32,849 nt of DNA from Candidatus Thorarchaeota archaeon (GTDB taxonomy: Archaea > Asgardarchaeota > Thorarchaeia > Thorarchaeales > Thorarchaeaceae), in the NCBI GenBank assembly GCA_004524445.1, contig SDNP01000032.1:1-32849 (forward strand). The letters are read 5' to 3'. The notes under the pieces were generated by a model. The model saw only the letters and a program-made list of their open reading frames with translations. It did no database searches and had not been told where the DNA came from. Positions 16,208 to 25,410 of this stretch are shown in pieces. Each line of letters starts with the position of its first letter. The first letter of the stretch is position 1. Made by a program: the position numbers and the translations under genes.

Positions 16208-16402
16208 GGATGCAATCTAGGGCTTTGTAGCGTTGGTACTTTAACTTGTTGTAATCTGCGCTTTAGGGATTGCTCGGTGCTAGCTCTGCCAAAACAGTAT
16301 ATGGGGCAAAAGTATTAGTAGATATTATACTCTGCTGTCATTGCTCAGCAGCAAAGGGCACATGACGAAAAGGTGGGGAGCATTACAGGCGTGAATAATC
16401 AA

Positions 16403-18211
16403 ATGACAGAACACTCTGAAAAAGGCCCTCTCAGCATATCAAATCCTAGTCAATTCAAAATGCTGTTTGAACGAATTGGGCTCCCTGTGGTCGAACTGGA
16501 TAGACATTTCCATCTGATTCACGCCAATGCAGCTGCTCGGAAACTATTGGGCATCGAGGAGCGTGACTTAGACTCAAAGATAAGCGCGACAGACCTAGTT
16601 GTTGATGAACAGAGATCACTTGTTGTCCGGGGCCTCGAGAGTTTAGCCGAGGGTGCAGACTCAACCCCTATCACGTTACGAATAAAACGCTCAGATGGCG
16701 TAGAGAGCATGGCTGAGGTGTTCAGCGAGGTAATTCTAGAAGAGGGAGAGATTGCAGGTTATCGGACATATGCATTTGACTTAACCAGACGACTGGCACT
16801 TGAAGAACGGTTCAAGGAAAAGGAAGATATCTTTCAACTCATCGTAGAAAATGCAAGCTTCACAGGTATCTTGGTTGTTAATGGAGATTACAAGTTTGAA
16901 TACGTGAATGACAAGCTTTGTGACATGGTAGGATTATCTCGACGAGATCTCCTTGGTCTTGACTTCCGAGAAGTCTTGCATCCTGATAGCGTAAACCTTG
17001 TAAGCGACAGATATATTCAGCGACAGAGAGGCGAAAAGGTTCCAAGAGAATATGAGTTTCAGATAATACGTGCTGATGGCGAAGTAAGAGATGTTATGAT
17101 CAGCAGTAGTATCATACGCAGCAGCGATGAGCGAGTGAAAACAGTCGCCCAGATTCTTGACATAACTGAAGAGAAACAAAGCAAGCATAAACTTGAGGAG
17201 AGCGAGCGGCGACACAGAACACTGATAGAAACAATGGACTCTGGCTTGGCTGTAGATGACGAGGAAGGTATGACGGTTCTAGTAAACGAAGCTCTCGCCG
17301 ATATGCTCGGATATGACTCGGTAGATGAGATGATTGGCATACCTATTACTGAATGGGTTCATGGATGGACAGCAAGGAATGTAACTGAAAAGGCGCAGCT
17401 GCGGAAAGCAGGTCAAAAGGAGAATTATGAGCTGAATCTGCAGAGGAAGGATGGCAAGATTGTTCCAACTATTGTACAAGCCTCTCCAATATTCGACCCT
17501 GATTCAAATTACATAGGAAGTTTTGCTGTATTCACGGATGTTACTGAACTGAAAAAAGCTGAAGCAGAAGTTCGATTCTTTCTCGACCTTTTGTTGCATG
17601 ATATTGGAAATCAACTCCAGCTCATCTTGGCAGGAGCAGATATGCTATCTAGAGATGCTGATCAAGACCAAATCTCCAGGTCAAAGCAGTATGTATTGGA
17701 CGGCGCACGGCGGTGCCTCAATCTTATCACCAATATCCGTCGTACGGAACAGTCCAAGAGCGAACCTCTAGCTGCAGTGGATTTGACTGAGGTGCTTAAA
17801 ACACAGGTCCGGCTATTCTCAGGACAATATGGGCTTCATCCGACGGTGAAAGGGCTTCCTGATTCGATGCATGTAATTGCTGATAGCGCTCTAGGACACC
17901 TATTCTGGAATCTAATGGAAAATAGCATAAAACACAATCCCAGAGATGAGAAGACCCTAGAAATAACTGGTGAGCGAAAGGGAAAGACGTTCGTCGTTAG
18001 TTTCACAGACAACGGTCCTGGTCTTGAAGAAGAGAAAAAGCGGTCCCTTCTCGACCCCACAAGACGGTCTGGAGGTGTAGGTCTTCATCTCATCAGGAGA
18101 ATGATGGACAAATATGGCGGCGCCATTCATCTTGATGACCGAGTTGAAGGTAGCCCAGAAGAGGGTCTGTGTATTAGAATTGAACTTCTAATAGCCAACG
18201 AAAAATCATAG
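16403..18211 (+). CDS. Soluble three-PAS-domain sensor histidine kinase (start ATG 16403 or GTG 16373)
   Basis: Three PAS/PAC repeats (e.g. YVNDKLCDMVG...DITEEK), H-box LHDIGNQLQ, N-box NLMENSIKHN, G1 DNGPG, G2 GGVGL. No TM segment. Confidence 0.9.
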   Translation: MTEHSEKGPLSISNPSQFKMLFERIGLPVVELDRHFHLIHANAAARKLLGIEERDLDSKISATDLVVDEQRSLVVRGLESLAEGADSTPITLRIKRSDGVESMAEVFSEVILEEGEIAGYRTYAFDLTRRLALEERFKEKEDIFQLIVENASFTGILVVNGDYKFEYVNDKLCDMVGLSRRDLLGLDFREVLHPDSVNLVSDRYIQRQRGEKVPREYEFQIIRADGEVRDVMISSSIIRSSDERVKTVAQILDITEEKQSKHKLEESERRHRTLIETMDSGLAVDDEEGMTVLVNEALADMLGYDSVDEMIGIPITEWVHGWTARNVTEKAQLRKAGQKENYELNLQRKDGKIVPTIVQASPIFDPDSNYIGSFAVFTDVTELKKAEAEVRFFLDLLLHDIGNQLQLILAGADMLSRDADQDQISRSKQYVLDGARRCLNLITNIRRTEQSKSEPLAAVDLTEVLKTQVRLFSGQYGLHPTVKGLPDSMHVIADSALGHLFWNLMENSIKHNPRDEKTLEITGERKGKTFVVSFTDNGPGLEEEKKRSLLDPTRRSGGVGLHLIRRMMDKYGGAIHLDDRVEGSPEEGLCIRIELLIANEKS

Positions 18212-18268
18212 ACACCAAAATCGTTAATTCGAATCTTCGTTTTTGTTGTATATCCCGGAGAAGATTCA

Positions 18269-19666
18269 ATGTCTAAGTCAGGTTCAATTTTGATTAAAAA
18301 CGGATATGTATTGACTCTGAATCCCGAACGCAAGATAATCAGGGATGGTGCAGTTTACGTAGAAGGTGCAAACATAGCGGATGTTGACAAGAGTGCAGAC
18401 CTTTCCAAGTATTCTGCTGACCGAGTCATCGATGCAGGGGGAGGCATTGTCATGCCTGGGCTCATCGATACACACACACACCTTGCTCAAGCTCTCATCA
18501 GGGGGTGTGCAGATGATGTTTCTCTTGTTGATTGGCTGAAGAGGTACGTCTGGGTGTTACAGGGTAATTTCACCGAACTAGACGGAAAGGTATCTGCTGA
18601 GCTTTGCATGGCTGAGATGATTAAGAGTGGGACCACGTCTTTCATAGAATGCATGATTCACACCAGATATGGCTTCGATGGTATTGCTCGTGCGGTTGAT
18701 CGCATCGGAATGCGTGCTGCCCTGTCAAAGATAATTATGAACTCTACAGGATACGCCGACAGCCCTGATATCATGTATCCTGGTATGGTTGAAGACGAAG
18801 ATGCCTGCCTTCGCGAAACTAAAGAGATGCTGCAAAAATGGCATGGAAAAGCCGATGGACGTCTGCAGGTTTGGTATGGACTGAGATCCCTGGGTGCTGT
18901 CACTGATGACCTATTCAAAAAGGTCGTACATCTGGCTGACGAACACGACACTCACATGACAATGCATCTCGGTGAAGTGGTCGATGATGTTCGTTATGTA
19001 AGGGATAAGGGATATGATAATCTGACCGCCTTCGCAGAAGACATGGGACTACTGGGTTCCAATATGGTCTTTGCACATGGCATCCACTTCGAGGACTCTG
19101 AAATTGATCTCTTGGCAAAGACACAGAGCAATATCTCACACTGTCCCGCTAGCAATATGAAGCTAGCATCAGGATTCGCAAAAATACCCCTGATGTTGCA
19201 GAAGGGAGTTCCGGTATCATTGGGCTGTGATGGTGGGCCCAGCAACAATACATATGACATGGTATCGGAGATGCGCCTTGCCGCACTCATTCACAAAGCC
19301 TACTTCGAGGACCCCTTGGTGGTGCCTGCAGAAAAGGCGATAGAGATGGCAACTATAGGTGGAGCCAGGGCCATGGGCATTGAGGACCACGTTGGCTCTT
19401 TAGAGATTGGGAAATTGGCTGACTTAATTATCATCAATATTGACCATACCGGGCTTACTCCACATCCCAATCCGGTCTCAAATCTTGTCTATGCCGGTTC
19501 GGGACATTATGTTGACACAGTGATGTGCAACGGAAACCTGTTGATGCTGGACCGGGAACTACTCACTCTAGATGAAAGGAAAGTTAGAAAGCAGGCAAAT
19601 AAACAGATTGAGGCATTGCTTGACCGTGCAGATATAACTATCGAACCAAAGTGGGATACCCTGTAA
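18269..19666 (+). CDS. Amidohydrolase of the SsnA / MTA-SAH deaminase / 8-oxoguanine deaminase group
   Basis: PGLIDTHTH, SGTT, MHLGE, FAHG, HCPASNMKLASG, LGCDG, GSLEIGKLAD. Confidence 0.88.
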   Translation: MSKSGSILIKNGYVLTLNPERKIIRDGAVYVEGANIADVDKSADLSKYSADRVIDAGGGIVMPGLIDTHTHLAQALIRGCADDVSLVDWLKRYVWVLQGNFTELDGKVSAELCMAEMIKSGTTSFIECMIHTRYGFDGIARAVDRIGMRAALSKIIMNSTGYADSPDIMYPGMVEDEDACLRETKEMLQKWHGKADGRLQVWYGLRSLGAVTDDLFKKVVHLADEHDTHMTMHLGEVVDDVRYVRDKGYDNLTAFAEDMGLLGSNMVFAHGIHFEDSEIDLLAKTQSNISHCPASNMKLASGFAKIPLMLQKGVPVSLGCDGGPSNNTYDMVSEMRLAALIHKAYFEDPLVVPAEKAIEMATIGGARAMGIEDHVGSLEIGKLADLIIINIDHTGLTPHPNPVSNLVYAGSGHYVDTVMCNGNLLMLDRELLTLDERKVRKQANKQIEALLDRADITIEPKWDTL

Positions 19667-19689
19667 GATTAGGTTGACTTGTTCGGTGT

Positions 19690-21261
19690 CTATTGAACCG
19701 ACATGAACCACTTACGAATGCTCTCTTCTGGGCACAGCCAGCCTTGAGCTTCCTCATCCCAGAGGCTCTTTGGAAACTCAATGTTTGCAGTTATTGAATG
19801 CCCCAGGATGCCCGTCATGACCTCATTGGATAGAAGGTTTATCGACCTTGCAAACCCATATGCGCCAGCTTCCGGGAGGTCTGCTGCCAGTATCAATTTT
19901 CCATCTGTGGTGAACTGGACCTGACAATATGGCAATCGTTGCACCCATGAAGCTATGGATTGGCTCAAGTCCAAATGGTGACATATTAGGTAGACACACT
20001 CGTTCAGGCCAATATGCCTGAGACTCCAGCGTCGTTCAATCAGACCATTTTCCTTTAGTCTTTTCAGCCGTTCCTGTGCCCTGTTCTGCCCAATGTGCAG
20101 CTCTTTCCGTATCGTTCTTACAGATGTATTGCCTTTGAAGACCTGAGCCAAAATTTCCATATCTAGTTGGTCAAGGGTTAGGTCGGTGCGCTTCATCGGT
20201 TTCTCGGTTCTTGGAATGATATCTGCTAGGCCATCACTATGGATTCTCACGAGCTCGTGTTTCAATATATCCCACGGAATCTCCCACCTTCCTTGCTTTA
20301 TGGAGTAGAAATCATAACATCGGGGATATCCTGCAACTGCGGTATCAAATAACTGGACCCTTCTTCCACTTCGTCTAATTATCTTCATGAATTCATCCAC
20401 TGCTCGCATGCTCTTTTGGTTTTCAGGAACCGTAAGGAGGACCAGCAGGTTCCATTCTCCAGAGAGTATTCTTCTGTAAGAAAGGAAAAATGGACAATCC
20501 ACGATATAGTCTACAGGGTCAGTGGTGCCTTCATCCTTTCCTATCAACAGAAACACAAAATGAATTCCAACCTTTGAATATGGAACAAAATCCTGTCTGT
20601 ACAATACATAATTATCTAGCAGTTCGTTTTTCTTTCTTGAAACCCATTTGTATGAAACACCAATATGTTCTGCTAGTTCTCTCATAGTTATGCTTGGCTC
20701 TTCCATCAGATGTTCTACCATTTGAATCTCAGTTGCATCAAATTTGCGGCTCCATCTTCTGAAATCCTCAGATATGTGCGTGACATAGTTTTCATCGGTT
20801 AGCCGGAGGCCGGATTGCTTCCATTTTAGAAACTGGCGAGTCATATCTTCGAGGCCTCGGTCTCCCTGCAGATATTGAAGCAGTCGGAACATCTCGGCAG
20901 GGTAATAATTACGAATTTTTTCAGTATCCCTTCTTCCAACGCACTTATTCCATATGCCAAACCAATCTGACTGCTGTTCTCCCTCAAGATACTGTGCGGC
21001 ATAGGCATTGGATAGGTCTTCGATACATTGAGAGCACAATCTCTTCCTTCTGAGGACGGTTGCCATGTGAGATCTTGCAACTACGCCATCGAGGGGTACA
21101 TCATGTCCATCCAATACCAAAACCCCCTTACTGATTCTACCCCCAAACCAAGCGTTTTTCCTTTCCTCTTTATTTGACCGAATTTCTTCCGGCGGTCTTG
21201 CTGGTTCTAGTCCAAACCTCTCTTTGAGCTCTTCCCCAACACCCTCCCAAATCACTCTCAT
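19690..21261 (-). CDS. Large transcriptional regulator with two winged-HTH/Lrp-like modules (probable start 21261)
   Basis: HTH1 PSITMRELAEHIGVSYKWVSRKKNEL...PYSKVGI and HTH2 LDQLDMEILAQV...SVRTIRKELHIGQNRAQERLKRLKENGLI...HIGL, each followed by a ferredoxin-like beta region. Confidence 0.7.
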   Translation of the reverse strand: MRVIWEGVGEELKERFGLEPARPPEEIRSNKEERKNAWFGGRISKGVLVLDGHDVPLDGVVARSHMATVLRRKRLCSQCIEDLSNAYAAQYLEGEQQSDWFGIWNKCVGRRDTEKIRNYYPAEMFRLLQYLQGDRGLEDMTRQFLKWKQSGLRLTDENYVTHISEDFRRWSRKFDATEIQMVEHLMEEPSITMRELAEHIGVSYKWVSRKKNELLDNYVLYRQDFVPYSKVGIHFVFLLIGKDEGTTDPVDYIVDCPFFLSYRRILSGEWNLLVLLTVPENQKSMRAVDEFMKIIRRSGRRVQLFDTAVAGYPRCYDFYSIKQGRWEIPWDILKHELVRIHSDGLADIIPRTEKPMKRTDLTLDQLDMEILAQVFKGNTSVRTIRKELHIGQNRAQERLKRLKENGLIERRWSLRHIGLNECVYLICHHLDLSQSIASWVQRLPYCQVQFTTDGKLILAADLPEAGAYGFARSINLLSNEVMTGILGHSITANIEFPKSLWDEEAQGWLCPEESIRKWFMSVQ

Positions 21262-21698
21262 GGTTCCAAGGTTGGTCAAATGGAATAAACACCCTGTGTG
21301 AGGAATCATATGCAACCTGAAAAGAATTTCCTGAAGGGCGAAAATGAGGTCCCCCCTCCCCTACCGTTTTCGTTCTTATCACGGACAGCGAGAGTACTGT
21401 AGTCAACGATGAACAGAGAACTTGACACAAACTCGAGAGGAGAAAGAATTGAGTGACTGCACCAAGTTCTCAACCCAGTAATCTGGTTTCATCTTGAACT
21501 CTGTACGCCCTCAGCTAGTACAGTAACGCCACATAACAGATTTAGAGTATATATACTACAGGGCAATCCAGTAGATGTAACGCAAAACCCATTCCACAGC
21601 GATTCTAAGGGCACTTTGGCAATTCAGCACCCTATCACCTTGACCAGAATAGTAACGAGTTCTACTTCAGAAAAGCAAAACGGTAAAACTTGTTACTG

Positions 21699-22910
21699 CT
21701 AAGTGATTATTGCCTCGCGCTCGAACAGCTTTGCTCCGATGATCAAAAAGACTATTGTGAATGCTAGGAGATACAAAACGTTTCCAAGCAACGAGAGCGG
21801 GGTTCCAACACCCGACAGAACTCCATTAAGGAATATAATTGCATGGGTGAACGGAATCGCAAGCACGAAGATGCCAAAGAGACCTCCATACTGAAGAATA
21901 CTACCAGTGAACCCAAGGATACCTATAACCATCGTGGGGACCAGAAGGACAAGATTATTGATTGACTCAGCGGTGGCTTGATCTTTAGCAAGGCAAGAGA
22001 TGACCACCCCAATGCCAATAGCACAGAGAAGCACGAGGAATTGACAAAAGAAAATCAATGGAATCGTAGCAGTGTTGACCGTGTAGACATTGATATAGTA
22101 ATCAGCTGCACTTTGCGGCAATGGTGCAGCCCGAAAGATAATCGAGAAGTTATAGATCAATATACCCACGACAGTAAATGCGGAGTAAATCATGGTGAGA
22201 ATGAGTCCCGCCACCAATTTCGATCCCAGAATCTTGATCCGGCTCATGGGTACCACCAGCAATGCTTCCAGTGTATGCCTCTCTCGCTCTCCCGCAAAAG
22301 ACTTGCTTACATATGGTGCAGGTGCCAAGACTGACGTAATCATGACCAAGAATATTGCAAGCTGGTGACCGTAGGTAGATTCGGGGGCAATGGTATTCCA
22401 GCTGACCTGCAAGTCACGAATGATGATTATCTCATTGATTATCTGTTTGGCGAACAAATCAATCCGCTGAGCGGCAGCTGTGGCTCTGAAGTTGCCAGTG
22501 TTGACCCAGATTGTGAGTGTGCTCCGGTTACTCGTCTCAAGTTGCTCCGTAAAATTCTCTGGTATGAGCACCCACACAGATACCGATCTGTTTTCCACCA
22601 ATTCCTCGCCCCTCTCCTTGGTGACGCTTATCAGCGGGTCGATCAGTAGGTCATCTTGGTTCGCTTCAATTGCCGCGTATAGTGTATTTCCCCAATTATC
22701 GTCATCTGCGTTGGTGATGTAGACCGTTTCTGGCTCCTCGGTTGTCTGGGCAACAATGAATGAGAGGAATGCACCCTGAAACAGCCATGCAAAGAGTGGG
22801 CTAATGATGAATCCCAAGACAAGCCAACGGGACCGCAGAACGCTCTTTATTTCCTTCTTGAGCATCCAGATGGTCTTTTTGCCTGTTCTTCGCCTGTTGC
22901 TCTTTGCCAC
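21699..22910 (-). CDS. ABC-2/NatB-type ABC exporter permease
   Basis: WMLKKEIKS, one TM plus an extracellular domain, AGERERHTLEALLVVPMSR..ILGSK, IPFTHA and KLFERE. Confidence 0.88.
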   Translation of the reverse strand: MAKSNRRRTGKKTIWMLKKEIKSVLRSRWLVLGFIISPLFAWLFQGAFLSFIVAQTTEEPETVYITNADDDNWGNTLYAAIEANQDDLLIDPLISVTKERGEELVENRSVSVWVLIPENFTEQLETSNRSTLTIWVNTGNFRATAAAQRIDLFAKQIINEIIIIRDLQVSWNTIAPESTYGHQLAIFLVMITSVLAPAPYVSKSFAGERERHTLEALLVVPMSRIKILGSKLVAGLILTMIYSAFTVVGILIYNFSIIFRAAPLPQSAADYYINVYTVNTATIPLIFFCQFLVLLCAIGIGVVISCLAKDQATAESINNLVLLVPTMVIGILGFTGSILQYGGLFGIFVLAIPFTHAIIFLNGVLSGVGTPLSLLGNVLYLLAFTIVFLIIGAKLFEREAIIT

Positions 22911-22983
22911 TCTTGATCACCAAGTTCCTACAACTCGAATTTCATAGAGTCCTATAATGATTATGTATCAATCAATAGGATAC

Positions 22984-24333
22984 TCAGGACAGATGCGGGA
23001 GAATTTTGTCAGTGACCTTCTCGAATACGTGCGCCAAGCTATTCCCCAATATGCCGTACTTGCGTAGATAATGTTGGATGGTGCCCTTGTTTTTGGCAAA
23101 TCGCAGCTTCTCCTCTGAGAAATCGCCCTTGAAAAGCAGCTGATGGCGGTTTGCCTTTCCTCTCTGTTTCTTCCATTCTGAATCCGTTATTTTTGCTCTA
23201 ACCTTCGTGTAAAGTCCAGTGCCCACAATTGGGTAGGGAAAAGAGTATGAGAGATAATCAAGAGGTAGCTTGGATGAGAATCTTAATGTTTCGAGCAGAG
23301 AGTTGTCTGTTTCTCCTGGATATCCGAGAATGAAGAAGCCTCCCGTTTCAATACCTGCTTGCTTCGCGGAGTGAATTGCACTGGTTACGCTATCGAGGTT
23401 GATTTGTTTGTTCATGACTTCCAGCATTCTCTCATTTCCAGACTCGATTCCAAAGAATACCCGGACACATCCTGCTCTCGCCATCCTCTCTGCCATTTTT
23501 GGTGTCAAGGTATCTGCCCGGCTCAGGCACATCCAATCAAGGTTCAATTCAGATGAGACCAGTGTGTCGCATATTTTTTCAACTCGGTCCGGATTAAGTG
23601 TGAAACAATCGTCTTGGAAAAAGACCCTGTCATATCCGAGTTCCTCTATCTGTTTCATCTCTTCGACCACAGATTGAGCAGAGTACTCACGATAGCTTCT
23701 TCCATACACTGGATTGCTACAGAAATCACAGGCATATGGGCATCCACGAGTTGACATCATGCTTGTCGCCGTGTATTCATGATATCTATTCCAGTACTCT
23801 TTGTACTTCTCATTAGGAAACAGGTCCCTTGCAGGATGCGGTATCGTATCAAGTTCTGCAATATATGGGCGTGAGTCGTTGACGATAATGTTGCCGCTTT
23901 TATCTCTGTATGCAATACCCTTGATGTTATACCAATCTTTGTTCCCTTGTATCCTCTCTACCAGTTCAAGGAATGTTTCCTCCCCCTCATGCCGAACCAC
24001 TATATCGAAGATGTCAAGGAAACTCTCCGGTGTTATTGAAGGAAGCGGCCCTCCTGCAACAATCAATGGAACTTCGTTTCTTATGCTTCGAGCAATCCGT
24101 ATTGCATGATGGTTCATGGTGACCATCGAGTAGATTCCAACGACGTCAGGTTTGGCTCTTTTAATGACTTCTACGGCATCCCCGGGTTGGGAAAATGTAC
24201 AGTCAAGAAGCTGTGGCTCTATGCCAATTCCCCTCAGAACTGAGGCCAAGTATCCGAGACCCAAGGGGGGATAGCGGAAAATCGATCTATCTAACTCCTC
24301 GTTGAAATAGGGATAAACAAGCACCACTCTCAT
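22984..24333 (-). CDS. Cobalamin-binding radical SAM protein (class B methyltransferase-like)
   Basis: YPPLGLGYLAS, VAGGP, EGEETF, TRGCPYACDFC, FQDDCF and FGIESG. Confidence 0.9.
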   Translation of the reverse strand: MRVVLVYPYFNEELDRSIFRYPPLGLGYLASVLRGIGIEPQLLDCTFSQPGDAVEVIKRAKPDVVGIYSMVTMNHHAIRIARSIRNEVPLIVAGGPLPSITPESFLDIFDIVVRHEGEETFLELVERIQGNKDWYNIKGIAYRDKSGNIIVNDSRPYIAELDTIPHPARDLFPNEKYKEYWNRYHEYTATSMMSTRGCPYACDFCSNPVYGRSYREYSAQSVVEEMKQIEELGYDRVFFQDDCFTLNPDRVEKICDTLVSSELNLDWMCLSRADTLTPKMAERMARAGCVRVFFGIESGNERMLEVMNKQINLDSVTSAIHSAKQAGIETGGFFILGYPGETDNSLLETLRFSSKLPLDYLSYSFPYPIVGTGLYTKVRAKITDSEWKKQRGKANRHQLLFKGDFSEEKLRFAKNKGTIQHYLRKYGILGNSLAHVFEKVTDKILPHLS

Positions 24334-25190
24334 TTCTCTGCACCATTCATCTCGGATACCGGACCGATTTTCACCAGATACTTTATGCTCTTGGTGCTGG
24401 GTGGAAGCGAGAGAATAACTCCGCTCCAGCTTATGATGTCATCAATTATCTCTCTGCCTCTGAATGCACGCACTCCGTCTGGTATACTCACTTTAAAAAA
24501 CAGATTCGCTGCTGGGGAATAGAATGTTGCCTCTCTTCCTTCTATTTTGTCCCAGCCGGATATCTCATCCCGCCTCAGGCGAACCCCTGTATCATCTCGA
24601 TATGCATCAAATAGAATTCCTCCCATCTCATTGGAGAGAAAAATCTCTTGTAATCCCTCTCTATCAATTCCCTCTAAATTCATGGAGACTAAAATATCCT
24701 GTTTCTCATTCTCGAATTCATAGTCAACGGTTATGGTTCCTTTAGACTTGACCCTATAGAATGCCGGGGGACGACCCTCAACATTCACCCCTGTACTTCC
24801 TGCTATCCTACCGCTCAGCTCTATGAGCCGTCTACCCAAAGCTGTTTTGTAAGTACGATTGTACAGCCTCTGGTAGACCCAAGAGAAGGTCTCTGGTCTA
24901 GATGAAGCCTTCTTTTGATGCCTATCAATGAGATTCAAGTCGAATTTTTTCCATGCCCTCTGCGAGGTGATTTTGCCCTCTTCAGAGGTTGTTGCTGTTC
25001 CCGGAAAATAGAAATCTCGACGATATTTCAGTAGAGGGACACCTATACCAATTCCCTCTTCACACAGATCAGCACTGCCTTGTTTTCTGCTTGGAACTAC
25101 TCCCTTTTGAATTGGTGCGGCCTTCCCACATTGAGGTTTGGGGTCCTTACTTAGATATAGTCCTAAACGGTTATCCCCTGAAGAATTCAT
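24330..25190 (-). CDS. Hypothetical protein translationally coupled to the radical SAM gene
   Basis: 286-aa ORF whose stop overlaps the radical SAM start (ATGA). Contains EEGIGIGVP, NEMGG and GRE...SWSG motifs. No function recognised. Confidence 0.7.
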   Translation of the reverse strand: MNSSGDNRLGLYLSKDPKPQCGKAAPIQKGVVPSRKQGSADLCEEGIGIGVPLLKYRRDFYFPGTATTSEEGKITSQRAWKKFDLNLIDRHQKKASSRPETFSWVYQRLYNRTYKTALGRRLIELSGRIAGSTGVNVEGRPPAFYRVKSKGTITVDYEFENEKQDILVSMNLEGIDREGLQEIFLSNEMGGILFDAYRDDTGVRLRRDEISGWDKIEGREATFYSPAANLFFKVSIPDGVRAFRGREIIDDIISWSGVILSLPPSTKSIKYLVKIGPVSEMNGAEK

Positions 25191-25410
25191 TAGCAGCTAA
25201 AAGAGGCCAGCAGCCTATTTTAGGATTGGCAAACGTAGGTTATATCTTGGATGGAAAAGGAAGCATCCTCTAGAGCTTGATTTATTCTGATGCAGTTCAT
25301 GCTGCCTCCTGTACCAGCAATGAGCCACGCGAGAAGACGCTTCATCGAAATTTAGCAGTCAGAGAAACCAGACCATGGTGTACAAACAATTCGTGGACAG
25401 ATTGCGTCTC

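Noticed and set aside
21405-21475. ATGAA...AAA hairpin as a second SECIS
   Set aside because: No matching 3' GA quartet at the base of the helix and no upstream plus-strand gene with an in-frame TGA.
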